Shown piece after piece: positions 50,155-59,375 of a stretch of DNA of 64,000 bases. This stretch comes from Halobacteriovoraceae bacterium (GTDB taxonomy: Bacteria; Bdellovibrionota; Bacteriovoracia; Bacteriovoracales; Bacteriovoracaceae). The position numbers and the translations under genes are program-made. How positions within the stretch are numbered: position 1 is the stretch's first letter; each line of letters starts with the position of its first letter. The stretch lies in NCBI GenBank assembly GCA_018646195.1, contig JABGVH010000199.1, forward strand, positions 8,619 through 72,618, in the 5' to 3' direction. The notes under the pieces were generated by a model. It saw nothing but the letters and a program-made list of their open reading frames with translations. It searched no databases and was not told the origin of the DNA.

Positions 50155-50496
50155 TTAACTTCCTCTATAAGTGCTGTATCCAAATCCACTAATTAGAAGT
50201 GGTACATGATAATGTTGAGTAGCGTCCTTGACCTCAAAAACGATATCTGCTGAAGGATAAAAGGTATCTCTTTTCTGAGCGGCAAAATAATTAGCAACTT
50301 TGAAACTGATTCTATAGGTACCGACTGCTATAGCATGTCCTTTTGGTATTAACTCAGGGACTCGACCATCATTATTAGTTTGGCCACCACTTAACTGCGA
50401 CCACTCATTTCCCTTTTTAATTTCAAGTAATACTTCTATACCAATTCCTGGTTTCCCCATCGCCGTATCGAGGACATGGGTTGTAATTCCACTCAT
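50155..50496 (-). CDS. uraH: 5-hydroxyisourate hydrolase
   Basis: ITTHVLD, DGR, C-terminal YRGS. Confidence 0.96.
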   Translation of the reverse strand: MSGITTHVLDTAMGKPGIGIEVLLEIKKGNEWSQLSGGQTNNDGRVPELIPKGHAIAVGTYRISFKVANYFAAQKRDTFYPSADIVFEVKDATQHYHVPLLISGFGYSTYRGS

Positions 50497-50963
50497 AATT
50501 GTCTCTCCAATCTGATTTTTGTAATTTTTGCCTGCTCTCCTGCGGCAATTTTGATTTCGTCATCGCGACTATTATTCATTCGGTCTTTTAAAAGCGATAG
50601 CATCTCTAACGCTGACTTTCCTGAGGCGCAAACAATAAAAATAAAGCCATAACGCTCGAAATAACGATCATTGTACTCTTTAAGCTCTACTAAAATATCA
50701 TCAGTGGCGCGATCAACTCCCGATTGCTCAGAAGAGGCAATCGACTCTGTTTCTTTAAATTTTTCAGCTAGGCTTGAAACATCTCCAATACGAGGATGCC
50801 CCTCAAATGCCTGTAGCCAATCAGAGGGCTCAAGTTGCCACCATATTTCTTCCTGCTTTATTAAGAATTCAGTGTCACTACAATGCTGTAATTCGACAAA
50901 GACTCTCTCCAGCCATTTTGTCGAAACACAGCAAGTCTGTAGTACTTCCTTTTTAAATTTCAT
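50493..50963 (-). CDS. uraD: OHCU decarboxylase
   Basis: HPRIG, SEQ, YN..Y...GFIFIVCA, EQ.KI...RL. Confidence 0.95.
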   Translation of the reverse strand: MKFKKEVLQTCCVSTKWLERVFVELQHCSDTEFLIKQEEIWWQLEPSDWLQAFEGHPRIGDVSSLAEKFKETESIASSEQSGVDRATDDILVELKEYNDRYFERYGFIFIVCASGKSALEMLSLLKDRMNNSRDDEIKIAAGEQAKITKIRLERQL

Positions 50964-51985
50964 TCAATATGGCCATAAGTTCTTAAACGGCTGACACCAC
51001 CGTCGGGAAAAATATTTAATCTTATATGTGTAACTGGTCCTAATTTATTAATCTCTTCAAATTCATGCTCTTTATCGGCCTCTAAGAAGGTTTCAGGAAT
51101 CAAAGTTCCCCAATTAAGATTTGGAGCATCGAGGCCATCATGCTGTTTTTCATCTAGGTTAACGGCTTCGAGAGAAAAGCGGTCGGGGAAATTCCCTTTA
51201 AAGTGAGCAGTATCAAGAACTACTTTTGCTATAGTCCCACGTTTGCCGAGGGCCAAAATAATCCAATCATTACCGGGAGTTCTTTTTCTTTTAGTTTCCC
51301 AACCATCTCCCATATTAACTCCCCTTCCAGGAGCATTTAAATTATCCATATGGGAAAAATACATATCTGAGCATATTAGCGGACGTCCACCGTTTTCAAC
51401 CGACACTAAATCATGCAATTGTGCCTTATCTTTTTTCTTCCAGTCGGTTTTAACTTCACCGTAAATGCGTAGACGGGCGACTCCACCATCTGGGTAGATA
51501 TGAAGACGGACATGACTCCATTCCTGTTTCGAGTCTATCTGGCTTAAGTGTTGTACCCCTGGCCCGAGAGAGATTTTTGGTAAGAGCTCTGTCCAATCCG
51601 TGTCATCGGCTGGCTTTTGCCCTTCTGTTAAGCAACAGGCTTCAAGCGATGCTTGCAGTGGTTGATTGCCCGTAAAGTGATTTGTATCTATATCAACCCC
51701 TTTAATAATTCCTCGCAGTCCTAATTTTAAATCAACATAGTCATGCCCCTCAGTTCGCTTACGTCGAGACTCCCAACCGTCCATCCACTTGCCATGATCG
51801 GTAAACTTATCTTCAATAAAAATCCCACGCCCTGGCTTGATCAAATTTTCTTTTTCAGCAAAGAAGTCATCAGTAGAAAAAAGAACTTTAGTTCCTAGTC
51901 TCTCTTCAGCAAGATTTACCCACTTTGAAGAAAAAGTATCATCGTGGTCCTGAGTAAAAGTCATCAGTTTCGTTTTCTTTGCCAT
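50960..51985 (-). CDS. alc: Allantoicase
   Basis: Two repeats with DGWE(S/T)(R/K)RKR, DT.HF.GN and PDGGV.RLR.YG. Confidence 0.96.
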   Translation of the reverse strand: MAKKTKLMTFTQDHDDTFSSKWVNLAEERLGTKVLFSTDDFFAEKENLIKPGRGIFIEDKFTDHGKWMDGWESRRKRTEGHDYVDLKLGLRGIIKGVDIDTNHFTGNQPLQASLEACCLTEGQKPADDTDWTELLPKISLGPGVQHLSQIDSKQEWSHVRLHIYPDGGVARLRIYGEVKTDWKKKDKAQLHDLVSVENGGRPLICSDMYFSHMDNLNAPGRGVNMGDGWETKRKRTPGNDWIILALGKRGTIAKVVLDTAHFKGNFPDRFSLEAVNLDEKQHDGLDAPNLNWGTLIPETFLEADKEHEFEEINKLGPVTHIRLNIFPDGGVSRLRTYGHIE

Positions 51986-53316
51986 TACTTCCTCAGCAAC
52001 TTTTTTCCTGTAGCGACAGGGCCCGTAAATTGCCCCTTCTCTACAATTTTTTCCCCACGAAGATAGGTTGCATAGACGACCCCTTTTAGGCGCCGTCCTT
52101 CGTAGGGAGTTATTTTATTTTTAAATTGAATCATTTCAGCAGTGATAACAAAGTCTTCATTGGGATCCCAGATCACAAAGTCCGCATCATACCCAGCTTG
52201 GATCCGGCCCTTACTATCGCCAAGTCCAATAAATTCTGCAGTCCGTTGGCAGAGAAGTTTTGGTAGCTTGTTGAGATTAACGCCGTGTTGTTCGGCCTCT
52301 GTCCAAACTAGAGGTAGTGAAAATTGTAAGGAAGAGATTCCTCCCCAGGCCTCCCCGAAATCTCCCTGCTCTAGTTTTTTAAGGCCAGCAGTACAGGGGG
52401 AATGGTCTGAAACAATAAAGTCGAGACTGCCATCTTTAATTCCCTGCCAAAGCTTTTCACAATTCTCTTTCTCTCTTATCGGAGGACAACATTTAAAGAG
52501 GGTCTTTCCGTCTTCTATATTTTCACTATGAAAGGTCAGGTAATGGGGGCAAGTTTCTACCGTTAAGGGTAGCCCTTCTGATTTTGCCTCGTTAATTAAC
52601 TCGATTGCATCGGAGCTACTTAGGTGAACGATATGTGTGCGGCAATGGTTTTTCTTGCAAAGCTCTAACATCATTTGAATGGCATTATTTTCCCAAGAGC
52701 GAGGTCTTGAATCTAAGAAACTCTGATATTTTTTATCAATTTTCACATTTCCAGTCTTATCCTCAAGCTCTGCATGAATAAGATAAGGAAGTTGGTGGCG
52801 AGCAACGATGGGCATCGCCCTTTCTAAATCGGCCTTAGTCATTTCAGGAAACTCTGGAATTCCTGAATCAATGGTAAAACTCTTTACCCCAAGTACGCCG
52901 CTACCAAGTAACTCATCCAGAGAATCAATTGAATCCGGAACAACTCCACCCCAAAAGCCAGTATCGACCCAAAGCTTTCCATCAACTTCTCTAAGCTTGG
53001 TTTGAAAATTTTCTACCGTTGTCGTAACGGGTAGGCAATTTAGCGGCATATCGACTACCGTTGTTATACCACCTGCTGCAGCCGCCTTGGTTGCGGTTTC
53101 AAAACCTTCCCAATCTGTCCGCCCTGGTTCGTTAATATGAACATGGGTATCGACGATTCCAGGCATCACATAAAGGTCCGCAACTTGATCGATTTGTCCT
53201 GCATAATTTTCTGGAAGTTTTTCGACAAACTCTACAATTCGGCCTTCCTCGACCAGGATTGCACCCGGACGAAAAGCGTCATCTACATATATATTATTTC
53301 CGACAATGGCCTTCAT
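51985..53316 (-). CDS. allB: Allantoinase
   Basis: DTHVHINEPGRT.WEGF, DMPLN, HAE, VETCPHY, SDHSP, WGGISSLQ. Start ATG 53316 or TTG 53325. Confidence 0.96.
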   Translation of the reverse strand: MKAIVGNNIYVDDAFRPGAILVEEGRIVEFVEKLPENYAGQIDQVADLYVMPGIVDTHVHINEPGRTDWEGFETATKAAAAGGITTVVDMPLNCLPVTTTVENFQTKLREVDGKLWVDTGFWGGVVPDSIDSLDELLGSGVLGVKSFTIDSGIPEFPEMTKADLERAMPIVARHQLPYLIHAELEDKTGNVKIDKKYQSFLDSRPRSWENNAIQMMLELCKKNHCRTHIVHLSSSDAIELINEAKSEGLPLTVETCPHYLTFHSENIEDGKTLFKCCPPIREKENCEKLWQGIKDGSLDFIVSDHSPCTAGLKKLEQGDFGEAWGGISSLQFSLPLVWTEAEQHGVNLNKLPKLLCQRTAEFIGLGDSKGRIQAGYDADFVIWDPNEDFVITAEMIQFKNKITPYEGRRLKGVVYATYLRGEKIVEKGQFTGPVATGKKLLRK

Positions 53317-53387
53317 AGAGCCCAAAAGAGTACCACCTGGCCCTCTTCTTAGCTAGTCTAGCGAGGCTTAGCGGTGCGTCTAAGACA

Positions 53388-54578
53388 TTAAGAATCGAGA
53401 TATTTTTTTAAAGAAAGTAAACCGTGTCCAAAGAAGAGCCCGTCCAGCGGCGCCATATGGAGAGGCGCCATATTTAGAAAGATTAGGCCTTTTAATAATT
53501 CAACTTTCTTGGCAGAATACTGGCCTTTTATAAATTGAGCATAGCGTTTTCTCAATGCATCTAGTTGAGGATGGTCTTCAACTTGATACTGAATGCGATT
53601 CTCCTCTAGATGATAGGAAAACTTCCCTTGTTTTATTTTATCAAAGGGGAGACTCATGCCCGCTGCAAGCTTGGCCAGGTCATAATAGAGGTCCCCACCC
53701 TCTAGGAAACCACCAAAATCTTCCCGCCAGTCAATTAAGGTGAAACCTGCTTTAGGATTGTAAATAATATTATCAAACTGAAGGTCACCATGAATGAAGT
53801 AAAAATCCTGAGTATTCAATTCCTTCCAGGGAATTTGATTCAAGATTTCCTCAACCGCGGGAACTTCAATTCCATTTACTACTAGCTTTCCTTCTGGCAG
53901 GCATTTTTTTGCTTTAAATTCGGAGACACGTTTGAGGGTTTTTTCTTGGTAAAAGATTTGGCAAAGTTCCTCTGCTTTTTTCTTTTCAAGAGGAACTTTT
54001 TCCCACAATTGCTCTTGGCAATAGGCTAAAAATTTATCGAAAACCGCTGGAGAAAGGTGATGATAGAGAGTTTCCCCCTGAACAAATTCATAAGAAAGTA
54101 AATTTTCTCCAGTCAGACTGCATAGAGGGAATAATGAAAGTTTTGACTGGGCCTTACGAAATCTATTTTTAGCCCGGGTTGGGTCCTCAAAATATTTAAT
54201 AACTAGATCTTGAAAAAGATAGGTTTTTTCTTCACCTTTTGAAAAAATATAAAACTCATCTTTAATTACAAGCTTTTGGTATTCATTAAAATCATTTATA
54301 TTTTTTCCGGCAAATTGGTTTGCTTTGATTACCCAATACTTGTCCCACTCTTCTTCAGCGATATCAACGAATTCAAAGCAATGCTGTGGGTAGGCCAGAG
54401 GTAAAAATGCTTTAAAAATAGTATCGCAATCACCAGTTACCACAATCTTCTGCGGGGGCAATTGGCCGAGCTGATTATCAACAATTGGTCTACCAGAAAT
54501 TGGCCAAAGACTTGAAGGCAAGTGACCATCGCGGGCCGGCTCATTAATTAATAAAATTTTCTCGGTTCTCTTTCCCAT
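53388..54578 (-). CDS. APH/choline-kinase-like phosphotransferase with a degenerate nucleotidyltransferase-like N-terminus
   Basis: HGDLQFDNI, IDWR, YDLAKL; the N-terminal LPSSLWPISGRPIV resembles the NTP-transferase motif. Confidence 0.75.
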   Translation of the reverse strand: MGKRTEKILLINEPARDGHLPSSLWPISGRPIVDNQLGQLPPQKIVVTGDCDTIFKAFLPLAYPQHCFEFVDIAEEEWDKYWVIKANQFAGKNINDFNEYQKLVIKDEFYIFSKGEEKTYLFQDLVIKYFEDPTRAKNRFRKAQSKLSLFPLCSLTGENLLSYEFVQGETLYHHLSPAVFDKFLAYCQEQLWEKVPLEKKKAEELCQIFYQEKTLKRVSEFKAKKCLPEGKLVVNGIEVPAVEEILNQIPWKELNTQDFYFIHGDLQFDNIIYNPKAGFTLIDWREDFGGFLEGGDLYYDLAKLAAGMSLPFDKIKQGKFSYHLEENRIQYQVEDHPQLDALRKRYAQFIKGQYSAKKVELLKGLIFLNMAPLHMAPLDGLFFGHGLLSLKKYLDS

Positions 54579-54649
54579 AGTTTTAAATGCATCATACCCT
54601 ATCACTCGGCCCTGTTGAAGTTATTATTGCCGAGTGTTACCCTATTCCT

Positions 54650-55420
54650 ATGAAAGTTCTGGTGGCGATCCCCTGCTATAATTGTGAAAAACAAATCTCT
54701 CGCGTGCTAGCGGGATTCGACGAGACGCTTCTCTCGCAAATCGAGGAAGTCGTTTGTTTCGACAATGGTAGCAAAGACCAGACTCCCGAGGCGGCACTTC
54801 AGGCGATCCGAGATTATAAGCTGAGCAAGATTAAAGTAGTCGCCAATAATGACAACTATGGTCTTGGAGGCTCTCAAAAATTGGCCTTTTCTTATGCTCG
54901 CCAAAACAAAATGGATTACTTAGTTGTTTTGCATGGAGACAATCAGGCGGTTACTTCCGAACTTAAAAACTTCCTTGAGGCCGCCAGAAAGAAACCCGAA
55001 CTCGATGCGGTATTAGGTTCTCGCTTCATGCCTGGAAGTAAGAGAGAGGGATATTCTACCATTCGAGTCCTTGGAAACAATTTCTTTAATATATTGTACG
55101 GACTCTTTTGGTTTCGCTATTGCTGGGATATGGGCTCAGGGTTAAATATTTTTAAAGTCAGCGCGGTAGAAGAAGAAGATTTAGAGCTTTTTAATAACGG
55201 GTTTACTTTTAACATGGACTTGCTCCTGCACTTATTCTCTTCGAGCAAAAAAATAAAATACCTTCCGATAACCTGGATGGAACACGACCAAGTAAGCAAT
55301 GCTAGAAATTTATCAGTGGGGTTGCAAACTTTAAAAATTCTTTTTAAATGGCGCTTCTTTCCCTTTCTTAAAAAAAGGGAAATTTCAAAGCGGTCATTTA
55401 CAGAATTAGCTAATCTTTAA
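54650..55420 (+). CDS. Glycosyltransferase family 2 (Dpm1-like)
   Basis: IPCYN, DNGSKD, N.G.GG..K, HGDNQ, GSRF. Start at ATG 54650. Confidence 0.92.
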   Translation: MKVLVAIPCYNCEKQISRVLAGFDETLLSQIEEVVCFDNGSKDQTPEAALQAIRDYKLSKIKVVANNDNYGLGGSQKLAFSYARQNKMDYLVVLHGDNQAVTSELKNFLEAARKKPELDAVLGSRFMPGSKREGYSTIRVLGNNFFNILYGLFWFRYCWDMGSGLNIFKVSAVEEEDLELFNNGFTFNMDLLLHLFSSSKKIKYLPITWMEHDQVSNARNLSVGLQTLKILFKWRFFPFLKKREISKRSFTELANL

Positions 55421-55937
55421 CGATTCGATCTCGCCACATGCGAATATCTTTTGCCAGATAATCATACTTCATATCATTAACTGTATAGGCAGAAAACTCG
55501 TAATCAGTTGAATGAGTAAGGCAGTGAGTTGGGCAGACTGTTGTACAGAGACCACAGTAACAGCAAAGGGCAGTATCGATAGTGTATTGCTGAAGATCCA
55601 AACGGATAGCAGTTCCATCTTTAGTTTTAATTTTTTCAGCTTCCTTATCTCTTCTTGTCGCCGCTATATAAATACAATCGACAGGACAAGCGGTAGCGCA
55701 TTGATAGCAAGAGATACAGTTTTCGACATCGTTAAATAATCTTGAACGAGAATTTTCGGGAAGTGGTTCTCTCACTTCAGGGTATTCGATCGTGACTGGC
55801 TTTTCAGCATACACGTAACGAATCGTGATACTTAGTCCCTTAAGAACTGTTGTAACTGAGGTCCAAACATTTTTAAACCAGCCGGTAAATGTTAGGGGTT
55901 TATCGTAGCGTTGTAGATTTTCCGTTTTGCTATTCAT
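55410..55937 (-). CDS. nuoI: NADH-quinone oxidoreductase subunit I
   Basis: TIEYPE and two CxxCxxCxxxCP motifs. Confidence 0.93.
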   Translation of the reverse strand: MNSKTENLQRYDKPLTFTGWFKNVWTSVTTVLKGLSITIRYVYAEKPVTIEYPEVREPLPENSRSRLFNDVENCISCYQCATACPVDCIYIAATRRDKEAEKIKTKDGTAIRLDLQQYTIDTALCCYCGLCTTVCPTHCLTHSTDYEFSAYTVNDMKYDYLAKDIRMWRDRIVKD

Positions 55938-57094
55938 TATCGATCCACCTCACCAAGAACAATATCTATGCTTCCGATGGAAGCTACAAAGTCTGCAATC
56001 ATTTGGCCTGGGGCCATATGAGACAACATCGCTGTATGAGTAAAACAAGAAGACTTTACTTTAAGGCGGTAAGGAATTTTTCCTCCGTCGGAGATAAGGT
56101 GGTAACCAAGTTCTCCTCGAGGACATTCTGTTCGCATATAAATCTCCCCAGCGGGGACCTTCACGATTTTAGAAACCTTGCCTTGAATAGGACCTTCTTC
56201 GATGCCTTCGAGGCATTGGCGAATAATTTTTAACGATTCATTCATTTCTTTCATTCTAACATAATATCGATCCCAACAATCTCCGAGCGTACCCATTTCA
56301 CCGGTTCCCACAATAGATTCAAAGTCGAGTTCTTGATAAATTCCGTAGGGGCGAGTCTTACGAAGATCCCAATCAACTCCAGAAGCTCTCAAGATCGGCC
56401 CTGTTGCACCATAACTATAGCAATCTTCAGCGGTCAAGACGCCAACATTTGCAGTCCTATCTCTAAAGATTTTATTCATTCCTACTAGGGTGTGATATTT
56501 CTCTAACTCTCCGTCCATCCGGTCGCAGAAAGCTGCAATTCTTCTCAAGTGATCATCGGTCATGTCATTCCAAACACCACCGAGCCAAATGTAATTATAG
56601 AGAAGACGGGCACCCGAAAGCTCTTCAAAAATTCGAAGAATAGTTTCTCTCTCTTGAAATGCGTAGAGAAAAGGTGAAAAAGCACCGAGGTCAATTGCAT
56701 AAGTTCCGTAGAACATTAAATGGGAGGCCACTCGTTGTAGCTCGGCTACCATTGTTCGAATGTACTGCGCCCTTCTAGGAACTTCGGTTCCCAACATTTT
56801 TTCTATAGTTAGACAGTATCCCCATTCCATACTCATCGCTGCTAAATAGTCCATGCGATCTACGAAAGGAATGATTCCTCGGTAATCTAAATGCTCGCAA
56901 TGCTTTTCCATGCAACGATGGAGGTAACCGAGATGTGGTGTCGCCTCTGCAATAATTTCGCTATCAGTTTTAATTTCTACTCGCAAAACACCGTGAGTAG
57001 CAGGATGCTGAGGTCCCATATTTAGCGTGAGAAGCTCTGACTTCAAATTCTCGCTTTGCATAGGAGTGGTATCTAAAGACTCATCGTGACTCAT
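55937..57094 (-). CDS. nuoD: NADH-quinone oxidoreductase subunit D
   Basis: NMGPQHPATHGVLR, GYLHR, DRMDY, C-terminal SIDIVLGEVDR; no NiFe-binding Cys pairs. Confidence 0.96.
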   Translation of the reverse strand: MSHDESLDTTPMQSENLKSELLTLNMGPQHPATHGVLRVEIKTDSEIIAEATPHLGYLHRCMEKHCEHLDYRGIIPFVDRMDYLAAMSMEWGYCLTIEKMLGTEVPRRAQYIRTMVAELQRVASHLMFYGTYAIDLGAFSPFLYAFQERETILRIFEELSGARLLYNYIWLGGVWNDMTDDHLRRIAAFCDRMDGELEKYHTLVGMNKIFRDRTANVGVLTAEDCYSYGATGPILRASGVDWDLRKTRPYGIYQELDFESIVGTGEMGTLGDCWDRYYVRMKEMNESLKIIRQCLEGIEEGPIQGKVSKIVKVPAGEIYMRTECPRGELGYHLISDGGKIPYRLKVKSSCFTHTAMLSHMAPGQMIADFVASIGSIDIVLGEVDR

Positions 57095-57708
57095 TATTTT
57101 TCCCCCTTTGCTTCAACTTCTGCCGGAAACTCTGGCTTCTTCCAAGAGCCCGACCAAAGCTTAGGTTCTGCAGCTTCTTTTTTCTGGCGGTCGAAAAAAT
57201 AAAGGTCATCGGTATTAATTTTATTTTGAGGATTTACAAGCATATGCTTATATTTTTCCTGAACAACATAATCTTTTCTTAAAGGCCAACCTTCCCAATC
57301 GTCAGGACAAAGAATACGACGAAGGTCGGGGTTCCCGTTAAAACGAACACCAAACATATCGTAGGTTTCTCTCTCCAAAAAGCCAGCGGCCAGCCAAAGA
57401 TCACAGACAGAATCAATATCTAAAATGGCATCACTGGATGGTTTTGCCAGTTTTGTTTTAATTATCACTTCATGATTTTTGGTGAAGCTAGCAAGTATAT
57501 AGCTGATCTCAATTCGATCTTCAAAATCACAACCTGTGATCAATTGAAGAACATTGAACTCATAGGTCGATTCTTTTAGCGCTTTTAGTGCGGCATTAAT
57601 ATGTGCTGCTTCCACAAAAATAGGTTGGTCTCCGCACTCGACTTCTGCCGTAGTCGCATCACAACCATTTGCCTTTGAATTTAATAACGTGACAAGTTCA
57701 TTATGCAT
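57094..57708 (-). CDS. nuoC: NADH-quinone oxidoreductase subunit C
   Basis: [18 protein letters not shown]...W.GWPLRKDY. Confidence 0.95.
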   Translation of the reverse strand: MHNELVTLLNSKANGCDATTAEVECGDQPIFVEAAHINAALKALKESTYEFNVLQLITGCDFEDRIEISYILASFTKNHEVIIKTKLAKPSSDAILDIDSVCDLWLAAGFLERETYDMFGVRFNGNPDLRRILCPDDWEGWPLRKDYVVQEKYKHMLVNPQNKINTDDLYFFDRQKKEAAEPKLWSGSWKKPEFPAEVEAKGEK

Positions 57709-58198
57709 TCTTCACCCACTTGTCTCTAAGCAATCTCTCATTTGCAATTTTCTTTTGCAAAGTCATCAATCCCTCAATCAAAGCTTCGGGACGTGGAGGA
57801 CAGCCAGGTACATAAACATCTACCGGAATAATTTCATCAACACCCTTGAGAACATGATAGCCATGCTGCCAGTAAGGTCCCCCTTTATTGGCACAAGATC
57901 CCATTGAGATAACATACTTAGGTTCCGGCATTTGAGCGTAAAGAGTTTCAATACGTGTCGCCATTTTTAAGGTAACGGTCCCAGCAACAATCATAAGATC
58001 AGCTCTTCTAGGAGTCGCCATAAAAGCGCCACAACCAAATCGTTCCAAGTCGTATTTAGAAGCTCCGGTTGCCATCATCTCAATAGCACAGCAAGCGAGC
58101 CCAAAAGTCATAGGCCAAAGTGAATTTTTACGACCCCAATTAAGGAAGTCGTCTAATTTTGCGAGGACAATGCCATCACCCATAAGAATCTCACTCAA
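57701..58198 (-). CDS. nuoB: NADH-quinone oxidoreductase subunit B
   Basis: [26 protein letters not shown]. Confidence 0.97.
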   Translation of the reverse strand: MSEILMGDGIVLAKLDDFLNWGRKNSLWPMTFGLACCAIEMMATGASKYDLERFGCGAFMATPRRADLMIVAGTVTLKMATRIETLYAQMPEPKYVISMGSCANKGGPYWQHGYHVLKGVDEIIPVDVYVPGCPPRPEALIEGLMTLQKKIANERLLRDKWVKNA

Positions 58199-58288
58199 AG
58201 TTAAAAAAGTTTAGAAATGTACTCTATTTTTACCTAGCAGTGGTTTTTAAGTCAATGAAAAGAGGGCAATTATCAACGGGACTGGAGG

Positions 58289-59284
58289 CTAGGAAGCCGG
58301 GAAATTACGGCAGCGAGTCTTATAAGATTCAGAAAGATTGTAATAGAGATTTTCTCGAGCAGGACTTCGACCGGTGCCCTGAAGAACTTTGAGCTGTTGA
58401 CGCAATAGTCCAAGGCGCTTGTGGTCGTTTTGACAGGCCTTACCCATAATCACTTTATACTCTTTTATGGCCGCCAGAGGATAGGGAAGGCCGTAAGCAG
58501 AGGAGATAAACAATGCATCTGATGAACTTAGCCGTGGAAAATCACCTAAGGAAAGATCGAAACTTGTTAAGTTGCGTCTAAAGTGGCGGTAATGACGCCC
58601 TACTCGGTAAAATTGCTGAACTCCCCGTCTTTTAGAAAGCCGTCCAGTTGTGGGCTCTACTACTTTTAGGCAATTCGAATCCCTCTCTCTTTCAGAAGGA
58701 ATCAATTCGAAGAGAACTTTGCACTCGACCAAGTAGGCTTCCACTTCTCCACCTTTTCCCTCTACTGTAGAGGTTACAAAGCGCTTTAAATCAAAGGGTC
58801 CCTGGTAGGGATTAAAAGGCATACGATAAGAAAAATGCGTCAACTCGTGGGCCATATCTAAAAGAGCATCCTTTACATTCAGCCGGCGATTAATAAAAAC
58901 TTTAGAACGAGATTCGTAAATCACATTATCTGGTTGGCTAGGATAAAATTTACGAATTAGGGTTGTATCTGTGAGAGAACCTTCTCCCGCTAGTAAGACG
59001 TCTAAAAGTTGTTGTCCGCCTTTCATCGCCTTTTTCTCGGCTCGACGGAGTAGAACCTTACCGGTTTTCGATTTCTCTAAAAGAGTTATCAAGGCCTGCA
59101 CTGCCCCTCTTTCAGTATTGGCAAGCTTGAGCCAATTTTGTTTCAAAGTATAATTAATTTCGCGATGAATGATTCTTTTCTTAGCTTTAAATTTTCGGCT
59201 CACGCCTCTATTGTCACGGGCCTCTGCGCGGCCGAGAAAAAGTCCAAGAAGAAATAAAAATACAATGCCATTGCGTAAGTTCAT
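58289..59284 (-). CDS. Secreted putative zinc metallopeptidase
   Basis: Signal peptide ending AEA, AHELTH followed by GGEVEAY. Start at ATG 59284. Confidence 0.65.
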   Translation of the reverse strand: MNLRNGIVFLFLLGLFLGRAEARDNRGVSRKFKAKKRIIHREINYTLKQNWLKLANTERGAVQALITLLEKSKTGKVLLRRAEKKAMKGGQQLLDVLLAGEGSLTDTTLIRKFYPSQPDNVIYESRSKVFINRRLNVKDALLDMAHELTHFSYRMPFNPYQGPFDLKRFVTSTVEGKGGEVEAYLVECKVLFELIPSERERDSNCLKVVEPTTGRLSKRRGVQQFYRVGRHYRHFRRNLTSFDLSLGDFPRLSSSDALFISSAYGLPYPLAAIKEYKVIMGKACQNDHKRLGLLRQQLKVLQGTGRSPARENLYYNLSESYKTRCRNFPAS

Positions 59285-59375
59285 CACTGAACTTATCGGC
59301 AATTCTTTGTCTAAACCTGTTTATTAACTAAGACTTAAGTCCCCTAGGCAATTGCTGCCGAGGGCGGCCATTAAT

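Noticed and set aside
55937..58198. Group 4 NiFe hydrogenase
   Set aside because: The large subunit lacks the RxCxxC and DPCxxC nickel ligands and has NuoD-type DRMDY and DIVLGEVDR.
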